Assembly: GCA_001797365.1 (NCBI GenBank)
Contig: MGPH01000030.1
Span: 1,963-65,962 of the forward strand
DNA length: 64,000 nt
Direction of reading: 5' to 3'
Origin: Deltaproteobacteria bacterium GWA2_45_12
GTDB taxonomy: Bacteria; UBA10199
The position numbers and the translations under genes were made by a program. A model generated the notes under the pieces. That model was given only the letters and a program-made list of their open reading frames with translations, did no database searches and had not been told where the DNA came from. Shown piece after piece: positions 8,821 through 18,700 of this stretch. Every line of letters begins with the position of its first letter. Within the stretch, counting starts at the first letter, position 1.

Positions 8821-10625
8821 TGCCTGAAATTCCCCAATCCCATCGACGTAATTTTTGCATCATTGCCCATATCGACCATGGCAAGTCGACCCTTGCCGAT
8901 CGGCTTATCGAATCAACGGGGGGGCTGGAATTACGTGAAATGCGCGAGCAAATTTTGGATGCCATGGATCTGGAGCGCGAGCGGGGGATTACCATCAAGG
9001 CTCATAGTGTCCGTTTGGTTTATCGTGCCAAAAGCGGAGAAGACTACGAACTGAACATTATTGATACCCCGGGGCATGTTGATTTTAATTATGAAGTTTC
9101 ACGAAGCCTGTCTGCTTGCGAAGGAGCCCTTCTTATAGTGGATGCGGCTCAAGGGGTGCAGGCCCAGACATTGGCCAATGTTTATTTAGCCCTGGATAGC
9201 CAACTTGAAATTCTGCCTGTCTTAAACAAGATTGATCTCCCCAATGCCGACCCTGAACGTATCAAAAAACAGATTGAAGATATTATCGGGTTGCCTACCG
9301 ATAATGCGATTCATGCCAGTGCCAAAACAGGCCAGGGCATTGAAGAAATCCTGGAAGCGATCATCAAGTATTTTCCACCTCCCAAAGGAGACCAAAAAGC
9401 TCCGCTTAAGGCGTTGGTCTTTGATAGTTGGTTTAATACCTATCAAGGGGCGGTCGTGCTTGTTCGGGTGATGCAGGGTTCCATTTCAGTCGGTGAAAAA
9501 ATCAAATTCATGTACACCGGTAAAAATTATGAAGTGTTGCAGGCCGGTTTTTTTACTCCCAAACCGATTCTGACAAAATCGCTTCAAACAGGGCAGGTGG
9601 GTTTTGTGGTGGCAGGTATTAAGGAAGTCAAGGAAGCCAAAATAGGGGATACGATCACCTCACAAGACAACCCAAGCCTGGAGCCACTTCCCGGGTTTAA
9701 AGAAGTCAAGCCCATGGTCTTTTGCGGTATCTATCCGATTGAGCCGAATCAGTATGAACTTTTAAAAGATTCACTCGAAAAACTTCGATTAAATGACAGT
9801 GCCTTTAGTTATGAACCCGAAACTTCCGGGGCCCTTGGTTTTGGTTTCCGTTGCGGTTTTTTGGGTTTGTTGCACATGGAAATTGTCCAGGAAAGACTGG
9901 AACGTGAATACGGGCTTAATCTCATTTCAACATCTCCCACGGTGGCTTACCGTATCTATACGACCAAGGGGGAAATGCTGGCCATCGACAATCCCACAAA
10001 AATGCCGGATGCTTCGGTGATTGACCATATTGAAGAGCCTTTTATTTCGGTGACCATTCATGTCCCCAGCGAATATGTGGGAAGCATTATCCAGTTGTGC
10101 GAAGAAAAAAGGGGAATCCAAAAAAACATCGATTACATTACCCCTGAGCGCGTCATGGTCCATTATGATTTGCCTTTTCCTGAGATGATGTTTGATTTTT
10201 ATGACAAGCTTAAATCGATCACCAAGGGTTATGGTTCCATCGATTACGAATTCAAGGATTTTCAGACTTCCGATCTTATCAAGCTCAATGTGCTTATCAA
10301 TGGAGATCCGGTGGATGCCCTTTCGATCATTGTTCATCGCGAAAAATCCTATTATCGCGGGCGCGAATTGGTTTCCAAGCTCAGGGAAATTATTCCGCGG
10401 CAACAATATGAAGTGGCCATCCAGGCGGCCATTGGGGCCAAGATTGTCGCTCGCGAAACGGTGAAGGCTCTTCGCAAGGATGTGATCGCAAAATGCTACG
10501 GTGGTGATATTACGCGAAAGAGAAAGTTGCTAGAAAAACAAAAAGAAGGTAAAAAACGCATGAAACAAGTGGGGTATGTGGAAATTCCCCAGGAAGCGTT
10601 TTTAGCTGTGTTGAAAATTGATTAG
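8820..10625 (+). CDS. lepA: elongation factor 4 (LepA)
   Basis: 601 aa; GTPase G1 [10 protein letters not shown]3 [12 protein letters not shown]; LepA-specific C-terminal domain. Confidence 0.95.
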   Translation: MPEIPQSHRRNFCIIAHIDHGKSTLADRLIESTGGLELREMREQILDAMDLERERGITIKAHSVRLVYRAKSGEDYELNIIDTPGHVDFNYEVSRSLSACEGALLIVDAAQGVQAQTLANVYLALDSQLEILPVLNKIDLPNADPERIKKQIEDIIGLPTDNAIHASAKTGQGIEEILEAIIKYFPPPKGDQKAPLKALVFDSWFNTYQGAVVLVRVMQGSISVGEKIKFMYTGKNYEVLQAGFFTPKPILTKSLQTGQVGFVVAGIKEVKEAKIGDTITSQDNPSLEPLPGFKEVKPMVFCGIYPIEPNQYELLKDSLEKLRLNDSAFSYEPETSGALGFGFRCGFLGLLHMEIVQERLEREYGLNLISTSPTVAYRIYTTKGEMLAIDNPTKMPDASVIDHIEEPFISVTIHVPSEYVGSIIQLCEEKRGIQKNIDYITPERVMVHYDLPFPEMMFDFYDKLKSITKGYGSIDYEFKDFQTSDLIKLNVLINGDPVDALSIIVHREKSYYRGRELVSKLREIIPRQQYEVAIQAAIGAKIVARETVKALRKDVIAKCYGGDITRKRKLLEKQKEGKKRMKQVGYVEIPQEAFLAVLKID

Positions 10626-10714
10626 ATGCATGTTGTGCGGAGGTGCAGAGGTGCTGATGTTAAAACTATAAAATTAAGATTTTTAACATCCGAACATCCG
10701 CACAATAAAAAAAT

Positions 10715-11521
10715 ATGCCCGATCCCTTAAACAAAGACGGTCTCCATAAACTTACCCGTGACTTGAATTCCTCGGCCAAGAAAAAAGGCGTTGTTCGCGA
10801 ATATGTTGAAGCCCTTCTTGTTGCTGTTTTGCTGGCCTTTGTGATTCGTTCTTTTCTTATTGAACCTTACAAGATCCCTTCCAAGTCGATGGTTCCCACA
10901 CTCTTGGTCGGGGACCATATCTTTGTGAACAAATTGGCCTATGGGTGGAGAATTCCCGGCACCAAAAAATGGCTCACCTATTTTGGAGAGCCCACGCGCG
11001 GGGAGGTGATGGTTTTTATTTACCCCGAGGATGAAAAACTCGATTTTATCAAAAGGGTGGTGGGGCTTCCTGGTGATCATATTCGCATGACGGACAATAA
11101 GCTTTATATAAATGATGTTGAAATCACCAACCAGGATATCGAGGTGGTGGGTATCAATCCACAGGACAAACGGAATCTTCTTTTGCCAGAGGCAAAAGCT
11201 TCAGAACTTCCCAAGGACATAAAAGGCATTCCATTTTTCAGGGGATATTCAAATTATCAAATCAAGCTTGAAGACATGATTGGATCAAAACACCTGATGC
11301 AGCGAAGCAAGCTTTTACCCAATAATGATTCTTTTGACCTTACTGTACCCGCTGACACCTATTTTGTGATGGGGGATAACCGGGACCAGAGTGCGGATAG
11401 CCGGGTTTGGGGTTTTGTACCACGCAAAAACTTGAAGGGCCGGGCGATTTTCATTTGGCTTTCCCTGGATTCTGATTTGGGGGGAGTTCGTTTCAAACGC
11501 TTTGGTAAAAAAATCATTTAG
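10715..11521 (+). CDS. lepB: signal peptidase I
   Basis: 268 aa; S26 catalytic Ser box SMVPTL and the GDNRD box GDNRDQSADSR; conserved lepA-lepB synteny. Confidence 0.9.
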   Translation: MPDPLNKDGLHKLTRDLNSSAKKKGVVREYVEALLVAVLLAFVIRSFLIEPYKIPSKSMVPTLLVGDHIFVNKLAYGWRIPGTKKWLTYFGEPTRGEVMVFIYPEDEKLDFIKRVVGLPGDHIRMTDNKLYINDVEITNQDIEVVGINPQDKRNLLLPEAKASELPKDIKGIPFFRGYSNYQIKLEDMIGSKHLMQRSKLLPNNDSFDLTVPADTYFVMGDNRDQSADSRVWGFVPRKNLKGRAIFIWLSLDSDLGGVRFKRFGKKII

Positions 11522-11528
11522 TAACCAT

Positions 11529-11556
11529 GTAAGGGCAATTCATGAATTGCCCTTAC
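11529..11556. repeat. REP-like 28 bp palindrome (copy)
   Basis: Exact GTAAGGGCAATTCATGAATTGCCCTTAC, 8 nt after the lepB stop. Confidence 0.8.
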
Positions 11557-11771
11557 ATAGCGGACACCCTGAGCCCTGTCGAAGGGTTACACGGGGCTTT
11601 ATTTCCTGTGGGAAAATTTTTCCCCTCTGTCAAAATACATTTGACATTTTCTTCATGATTTTCTCCGAAAATATTCCCTAAGTATTTAAAATTAAATGGG
11701 TAATTTTTAAAAATCATATTGGTATGTGATTTGCACTTTGTTTTGGTGCAAATTTCAAAAAAGGGGGAACT

Positions 11772-13343
11772 ATGAAATTTATTGGATACTTTTTATCTTT
11801 TATATTTGTCTTTGTGTTGATGGCTTGCGGTTCTGGCTCAGACAGTAGCAGCGACTCATCAAGCAGTGATGATAACGATCTGGCTGAATCAGCTTATCCC
11901 AGTGGTCTGGCCGTATCTTCTCCTTACTCAAGCTCTGATACAGAAACCAATATTTCGGCATTGGTTATGGCTGCTGTTGGTGATGAGGGGAACGTGACAG
12001 GCCTTCCCTATGAAGAGAAATTGGCCGCCTTGGATGCGGTTGTTAATGGAACAAGTATGAGTGATTGTTTTAATTATGATGCAGATTTGTTCCCGGATGA
12101 GCCCACGGTTTCATGTTATGGACCAGATCTGACATTAAGCGGAACCCATCCTAATGGGGGATTTTCTGGCGGTGGAAGTCAGGGTCTTCCCTCGGGGGAT
12201 CTTGGGCTTTGGGAAGCCAGTGAAGATGGTGGGGAGGCTTGCATTGCTTCCAAGGTGAATTCTGAAATGACGAGTGTTGAAGGACGCATGGATTTTTCGA
12301 TGTTTGCCATGGCCTCTGCTTTTTGTGTGGCCAATAATAACGGGGATACCTTGCCTGCCGTGGGGGGGACTCTTGATCTTTCAACAGCCTTTACTGATGC
12401 TGCCGAGGCTGCCGATTTTACAGGTTTTGATCCCACAACGGTTGTCTTGACCCGCGGGACTGATACCGATGATGGGAATGCCGTTTACACGCTCAACATC
12501 ACCGGTGAAATTGTCAATGAGGATGAAACAACCATGCCCTTTGCCTTGGAAATGACCCATGTTCCTTTGGATGCCACCAATTCGACCTATCAGGGGCTCA
12601 TGCAAGCCACCATTGAAACCAGTGATATTCCCACCTCCAATTGTGGTGCAGGAACTCATACCGTGGGGATGTCGGCTCTTTATGAATTGGCAGCCAGTAC
12701 TGATTTAAGAGTGCAATACAAACAGGCTGTTTTTTGCACCACAGGGGCGACCGATGAGGATATTTTTGATGATGAAGGGGAGGCGGATGCCACTCATAAA
12801 AAGAGTGGGGAATGTTCCGGTGAAACAGGGGTTACCTACAGTGCCACGGGTTGGGGCGATGATTATAATTATCTCCTCATTAATACGGATCCCACGACAG
12901 GATATGGGAACCTTGTTTATGGTTGGCAGGCAGGACGCTGCGATCAAAATACACGCGTCTTCAAGGCTTCCATCAGTGCCGATGGCGGTACAGATAGCAA
13001 TGAAGGAGGCTGCGGCTATTTCGGTTTTGGTGCGGATATTTCGCAAGCAACTCCCGATATCGATGGGATGATTTGTAACTGGACGGGGCCGGGCAGTGGT
13101 GGTTTTGGAAGTCATACGGTCCAGGATTTGGTTCAACGTCAATGTGTTTCACGGGCCAGTGTTACAGACGATTTTGCATCGGTGGCTGCCACTTTGAATA
13201 TTGACTATGCTCCGACCAATAACTGTAATTCAGACGGCTCTCTGTTATGTGATGGAGTGGCTTGCGTGACCACCAATGATCTGTTAGACATCGCTGAAAT
13301 GGATTTTACCGATCCAACAGCCCCCACAGCCCTTGATATTTAA
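11772..13343 (+). CDS. acidic Cys-rich lipoprotein of unknown function
   Basis: 523 aa; signal peptide plus lipobox VLMAC-G; Ser/Asp-rich linker; 22 Cys and many Gly/Asp/Thr; no recognisable catalytic motif. Confidence 0.6.
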   Translation: MKFIGYFLSFIFVFVLMACGSGSDSSSDSSSSDDNDLAESAYPSGLAVSSPYSSSDTETNISALVMAAVGDEGNVTGLPYEEKLAALDAVVNGTSMSDCFNYDADLFPDEPTVSCYGPDLTLSGTHPNGGFSGGGSQGLPSGDLGLWEASEDGGEACIASKVNSEMTSVEGRMDFSMFAMASAFCVANNNGDTLPAVGGTLDLSTAFTDAAEAADFTGFDPTTVVLTRGTDTDDGNAVYTLNITGEIVNEDETTMPFALEMTHVPLDATNSTYQGLMQATIETSDIPTSNCGAGTHTVGMSALYELAASTDLRVQYKQAVFCTTGATDEDIFDDEGEADATHKKSGECSGETGVTYSATGWGDDYNYLLINTDPTTGYGNLVYGWQAGRCDQNTRVFKASISADGGTDSNEGGCGYFGFGADISQATPDIDGMICNWTGPGSGGFGSHTVQDLVQRQCVSRASVTDDFASVAATLNIDYAPTNNCNSDGSLLCDGVACVTTNDLLDIAEMDFTDPTAPTALDI

Positions 13344-13380
13344 GGAAGTGGAAGAAATGTTTTCAAAAACCCCTCTCTTA

Positions 13381-13484
13381 TCCCCTACGCTCGTTGGCTT
13401 CGGGGACGCGCCTTGCCGGGTTAAAACCCTCTGCCTTAGGCGGAGAATCTTCCAGGGCTTGCCCTGGGGTTGATACCCTTGATT
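13381..13484 (+). repeat. A-element copy 2
   Basis: Its 5' two-thirds match copy 1. The middle hairpin is replaced by CTCTGCC-TTA-GGCGGAG (stem retained via different bases and one G-U pair), while the CCAGGGC-TT-GCCCTGG hairpin is conserved. Confidence 0.7.
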
Positions 13485-13534
13485 ATCAAGGAGGGGTTGA
13501 TTCATCCCTTTCCCAAATTTTCGGCTTTTTCCTT

Positions 13535-13563
13535 TGACAAGAGGCCCGTCCCTTTTTAACTAT
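13535..13563 (+). promoter_or_regulatory. sigma70-like promoter candidate for queC (TTGACA-N17-TAACTA)
   Basis: ttgacaagaggcccgtccctttttaactataaag directly upstream of the queC ATG at 13569. Confidence 0.35.
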
Positions 13564-13568
13564 AAAGA

Positions 13569-14255
13569 ATGCGTGATTCTTCCATTATTCTTCTGTCTGG
13601 CGGGCTTGACTCCACCGCCGCTCTTGCATGGGCCAAGACAAATTCGGACGTTATTATGGGGTTAACCCTTCACTATGGTCAGCGGTCGGCCCAACAAGAG
13701 ATAAGGTCTTCGTCGGCTCTTTGTGCGCATTATGATGTTTTGCATAAGGTGGTTGAAGTTCCTTTTTTTTCTGAAATGGAATCTGTGGCTCTCACTGAAG
13801 GAAAAAGCTCTTTTCCCTCCCTTTCGATGAGTGAATTAGATGATGCAGATATTACCGCTCATTCAGCCAAGGCGGTGTGGGTTCCCAACAGAAACGGCGT
13901 ATTTTTAAACATGGCAGCCAGTTTTGCCGAGAACAAGGGGGCCAGTTGGGTGGTTGTTGGTTTTAACAAGGAAGAAGCCCAAAGTTTTCCGGATAATTCA
14001 GAAGAGTTTGTTTCCAAGGCCAATGAATTTTTTAAATATTCCACATTAACCAAGGTGAAAGTCGTTTCCCCCATGGGTTTGAAAACAAAAAAAGAAATCG
14101 TGAAGTGGTGTTTAAAGCAAAAAGTTCCCTTAAATTTGTTGTGGAGCTGCTATCGCGGGGGGGACAAAATGTGCGGGGAATGTGAATCGTGCCTGAGGCT
14201 TAAGCGGGCGTTGCAGGCAAACAAGGCTTTGGAATTAACGGAGAAACTTTTTTGA
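13569..14255 (+). CDS. queC: 7-cyano-7-deazaguanine synthase
   Basis: 228 aa; PP-loop ILLSGGLDSTAALAWA; C-terminal zinc-binding cysteines CYRGGDKMCGECESC. Confidence 0.9.
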   Translation: MRDSSIILLSGGLDSTAALAWAKTNSDVIMGLTLHYGQRSAQQEIRSSSALCAHYDVLHKVVEVPFFSEMESVALTEGKSSFPSLSMSELDDADITAHSAKAVWVPNRNGVFLNMAASFAENKGASWVVVGFNKEEAQSFPDNSEEFVSKANEFFKYSTLTKVKVVSPMGLKTKKEIVKWCLKQKVPLNLLWSCYRGGDKMCGECESCLRLKRALQANKALELTEKLF

Positions 14256-14809
14256 AAACTTTTTTTATAGAAAAAGAAACGGCTTATGATGGTACGCAGT
14301 TACACTCCCACTGGGTTTTGAACCAAACCGGGATTTATGGGGATGTTATTGCCGCCTTCATTGGCCCAGCGCGCGTGGATTTGGAGCATATGGTCGATTT
14401 GGAAGATGTTCTTGCCAAAAAGCCAATTTTTTCACACAAAATGCTCCACTTTATCGCCGAGCATTTCGACGATGATCTTGAAAAAATGATTTTACGTCAG
14501 CGTCTTTTTATCTCGTGTCTTCAAACCGATCTTTTGGAATGTTTACCGGAAGAAAAAATTATTCGCCGTGGGGATGACCTTTTTTCAGAATACTTCAAGC
14601 TTACTGTTTCCATTGCAACAAAATCTTCCGTATCTACTCTGATGCACACAGCCATTAATATTGATAGCCACGATACCCCTGTACCAACCAAGGGTTTGGA
14701 TGATTTCAAATTGAATGCCCAAGCAATGGCTCGTTCGGTGATGAATCGGTATGTGGAGGAGTTGGAGGGAGTGGCAAGAGCCAGAGCCAAGGTAAAAGGT
14801 GTGTTTTAA
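14252..14809 (+). CDS. hypothetical protein translationally coupled between queC and queE
   Basis: 185 aa ORF with a TTG start overlapping the queC stop (TTGA); no recognisable motif. Its position inside the que cluster suggests a queuosine-related role. Confidence 0.5.
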   Translation: MKTFFIEKETAYDGTQLHSHWVLNQTGIYGDVIAAFIGPARVDLEHMVDLEDVLAKKPIFSHKMLHFIAEHFDDDLEKMILRQRLFISCLQTDLLECLPEEKIIRRGDDLFSEYFKLTVSIATKSSVSTLMHTAINIDSHDTPVPTKGLDDFKLNAQAMARSVMNRYVEELEGVARARAKVKGVF

Positions 14810-14810
14810 T

Positions 14811-14895
14811 TCCCTCTCCCTGGAGGGGAGAGGGTTAGGGAGAGGGTGATCCCGTGTGCACCCTCCCTCTAACTCCCTCCCCTCAAGGGAGGGAG
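14811..14895 (+). other. three tandem GC-rich hairpins in the 98 bp spacer before queE; the last one sequesters a Shine-Dalgarno-like GGGAGG
   Basis: CCCTCTCCC-TGGA-GGGGAGAGGG; TTAGGGAGAGGGTG-atcccgtgtg-CACCCTCCCTCTAA; CTCCCTCCC-CTCAA-GGGAGGGAG. The last ends 12 nt before the queE ATG. Confidence 0.5.
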
Positions 14896-14907
14896 GATTG
14901 TTTTCAA

Positions 14908-15630
14908 ATGTCCAATGCCCGAATCATCGAAATTTTTTCTTCCATCCAAGGCGAAGGCCTTTGGGTAGGTAAGCCGCAGGTGTTTGTGCGTTTCCACGGT
15001 TGTAAACTTCATTGCACTTATTGCGACACTCCACTTACGCACCATAAAATCAAAGAGTCCCGCATTGAATTCCCGCCATACAGCAAAAATTTTGAAAAGC
15101 ATCCGTTGGAATGGGGAGCCGAAGAGCTGAGCACACAAATCGCCCGTTTTGAAATTCCCTCCCTTGCCTTAACCGGGGGAGAACCGCTGGAGCAAATCGA
15201 TTTTATCGAGCCGTGGTTGAATCAATTGAACGGAAAATATGAAATCCTTCTTGAAACAAGTGGGGTGGAAGTGGAAGCCCTAAAAAAGGTTATTTCAAAA
15301 ATAGATATGGTGAGTCTGGATATTAAACTTCCTTCCTCTAGTGGAGAAAGACCCTTATGGGAAACTCACGAAAAATTTTTGGCAGTGGCAAAAGAACGTC
15401 CTCATTATGCCAAGGTGGTCTTTGATGAGAAAATGACGGAGGAAGAAAAACAAAATTTAATAAAAATCCTTCAGAAAAATCCTGGTCTCATCATGATTTT
15501 TCAGCCCGTTTCGCCGCTTCAAAAAAGAGATATGAAATCTTGCCTCGATATTTTTAGCTTTTTCTCCAATCGGTTTCCCAAGCAGGCCAGGCTTCTTCCG
15601 CAAATGCATAAGTTTTTGGCGGTTTTGTAG
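14908..15630 (+). CDS. queE: 7-carboxy-7-deazaguanine synthase (radical SAM)
   Basis: MSNARIIEIFSSIQGEGLWVGKPQVFVRFHGCKLHCTYCDT carries the QueE-type cysteine cluster. The ORF-track start at 14854 reads through the hairpin repeat and is likely spurious; the ATG at 14908 is used. Confidence 0.85.
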   Translation: MSNARIIEIFSSIQGEGLWVGKPQVFVRFHGCKLHCTYCDTPLTHHKIKESRIEFPPYSKNFEKHPLEWGAEELSTQIARFEIPSLALTGGEPLEQIDFIEPWLNQLNGKYEILLETSGVEVEALKKVISKIDMVSLDIKLPSSSGERPLWETHEKFLAVAKERPHYAKVVFDEKMTEEEKQNLIKILQKNPGLIMIFQPVSPLQKRDMKSCLDIFSFFSNRFPKQARLLPQMHKFLAVL

Positions 15631-15765
15631 TGGGAAAAGCCCCAGAATGGGGTTTCAAAACCTCTCTCAAGCATTAGAAAGCATGTGATTCCAATGGGTT
15701 AGTGCCTATTGTGATTGGCATGAGACTTGCTCTTAACTTAACCCTACGATCTTGTTGGTAAGGTT

Positions 15766-18700
15766 TTGGGTGGAAGTGATGGGATGACTATGGCTCCCCT
15801 TAAAGATATTCTTTACACGATAAAAAATCCTCAACAGCTCGGCTCGAGCGATCTTCTATGCGCTCCTCCTCCTGGCTCTGATGTGTTTAATCAATCTCCT
15901 TGTACGGTTAGTTCTTTTTCTGCTGAAACGGTGAGCCAGAAAGCGATGAAGAGTGGTTTGATTAGCCCTGATCAAGGTATGGCTTTTAAAAACAGGCTGA
16001 AAGCCTATTTTCGAGAAAATCTTAAAGACACCCAAGTTGATACTCTCGAAGAATATAGTGCGATCTCCAATCTAAACCTTCTTGCCTACCGTCATACCTT
16101 AGAAACAGTTTTTCGCGATAGGAACAATTGGGCGACCTGTTCGGTTCAAGAAGGAATAGCTCTTAAAAGTGCCCTCATGGACAGTGACCTTTATAGGAAA
16201 GTGGCGAATAAAGAAGGAGCTAAATTACTTCATGAACTCGACAATCTTCCATGGGGTGTATTGGCTGAGGAATCCGTTTTTAAACATTGGGTGAATACTT
16301 ATCAGGATAATACTTTCATCAATCTTCTCTTTCACGCGGCAAAGGCAGAGTATCCCGTTGACAAAGCACTGGTCAAATTAATGAAGGAAAAACCAGAGCG
16401 GATGGACCCCATGGATTTTGCTTCCATCCTTCCTTTGAATCTTGCTTCGGTGAATGAATATATCCTTGGAAACGGTGGTCATCCTCCTGAAATTTACAAA
16501 GATCTTCTTGAAAAGGCGCGGGATGATGAAGGCTTCATGAGTTACAGTGCCATTTTAACTTACGGCCTCAACCATGCGCATCCGGAGGCTTTGAGGGAAG
16601 CCAAAGAAATCATCCTTTTTGATTTCCATCATATTTTTGTGCATTTGAGTTCGGATGCAAAAATAGCCCTGAGAATCCTTCTTATACCGCCCCAGGCAAG
16701 GCCAGCTCAAGTCCCTCAATTCTTTGCCGAGGACTTAGAACAGATTCAAGCGGAAGTTCAAAAAGCCTTGCCCGATGTTTATAGGCAAGACAATAATCAC
16801 GCCGCCGAGCTTTTAATCCTCTTTTTGTTGGGATTCGGGGATGAAGATGTTTTTCACGGGGATTGCTGGGAACATCTCGTTTCCATGGAGACCAAGAGAA
16901 AGGGCGATTTTGAGAAGGCCAAAAAAGAATTTGTACCCCTTAGTTTTCAAAGTATCGTGACTGCCATTATGTTTCCCGAGGATGATGCCCTTGATAAGAA
17001 GGCCGCTGTGAAGGCGCTCGTGGTTGCTGCCAAATTGTGGAACCGCGAAGAAAAAGAAAATCCCTGGCCTTATGAGGCTCCTCTGATGCGTCTTCAGGAA
17101 ATCATTAACAAGAGGGGAAATGTCACATTGGAAGCAATGCAGGCCCTCTACAATGTACTGATCGTTAGGAAAGAAGAAGACGAAGAGGTGGAAGCTCAAG
17201 TTCAGCAGAGAAGGGATTTTGCCTTTAAATTTTTTGATAAAGGGATGGAGGCTCAAAAACTAGCTTCTTTTTTTGAAACTTATCTCCAAGATTTTAATAA
17301 TCAAGGCAAGGATGAAGAACTCGATAAATTAATGGGGAATCTTCTTCTCCCTGAAAACAATGCATCCCCAATCTCGCCGCCGGAGCTTCAAAAAACCTAC
17401 GATCTTTTGTGTCTTTTTGCCGGATCACAAACTATGACCCTGGCTGAAAAAGCCATTCCTCTCTTGGTTAAATTAGAGAATCATTCTCTTTATCAACAGA
17501 ACGAAAATTCCCCGATCCAAGTATTAAAACAAATTGTTTTGGACAAAAAGGCAGCTCATCAAGAAGCGTGGGATGCTTTGGCCGGCCTTGTTCTTAAGGA
17601 TAAAAAGCCCGTGGTTTTAGAGGATGAGAAGAAGAAAAAATATATAGGGAATATCGCTGCCATTGCCGGGCCCGAAGAGCAATATTGGGATAATGGTCAT
17701 GTGCTGGATGCTGCTCAGGTTCTTTTGGATTTAGAAAAGAAAACCCACGATGAATTCATTCATCAAACTTTGGTAAGCTTGGATACGGGGGCGTTGGAGA
17801 GTTTGGTGGGGGATTATGCACCTTCTCAGGAGGATACTATGAAGATATTCCATCAGCTCATGGAGCGATGGAAGACGAATCCACCCAAGCATTTTATGAT
17901 TACAGACGATTCGGTATCTGATGGAAAAACTTCTTCTATTAACTTTGCCGCAATCATAGGGCAGGCTAATACGCAAAATCTTGGGATGATTAATGAACTG
18001 ACTCAAAATTTTTCTGACGGTGAAAGAAGAAGAACTCAACAGCGTACTGGGCTTAATCAGGTAGAAATTCCTTCGATTGTTGAAGCTTCTGAAGATACTT
18101 CGGATGCTGAAATCGATGAAAATAAGGGAGATGAAAAAGTATCAGATCCTCTTCAAGCTCTCTCGGATCTGGCCAAGCTTGGGAATGTTTCGGCCTTTGA
18201 ATTCATCCTTGGGCGTTTTCAAAAAGGCGATATTTCCATGGTGAAACCCTTAAAAAATATTTTAAATGATGATGATGCTTCAGAATTTCATTCCAAAATA
18301 ATCGATACGGCGAGGGAGACTTGTCTTCAATTTACGGACCCTGCTTCTAAGAGAGCATCCTTTGATCTCTTAATTGTGGCCGCCGAAAAAGAAAGACCCG
18401 GTTGCTGGGAAGCCTTGTTTCTATCGGCAACGGAACATTTTGAGCTGAGCGTTTCTTGGGAAGGATTGGCCAAGGAGGCCGCTATGGCTTTGCTTAGCAT
18501 GGGAAGTGGCACAGACCCCGAGCAAGTCGATGCGCTTCGCGAATTGGATATTTATCTCGCTTCTCTTGTAGGGTCTTCGGAAATGGCGACGGGTGAATAT
18601 GATCCTCTTCTCGACGATTTTCTGACTTATCCCCATTCCTCTCAATTAATGGAGTTGGAAGCGGCCCTTGAGAAATATAGAGAGAATAGGACCAAACCGC

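Noticed and set aside
12151-13142. Minus-strand ORFs inside the lipoprotein gene (12151..12384, 12179..12436, 12381..12659, 12705..13142)
   Set aside because: They are embedded antisense in a longer signal-peptide-bearing ORF; the low-complexity, GC-skewed sequence generates open antisense frames.
13381-13568. preQ1 riboswitch upstream of queC
   Set aside because: The structured sequence upstream of queC is the multicopy A-element, also found next to unrelated genes, and it does not resemble the short preQ1 aptamers.
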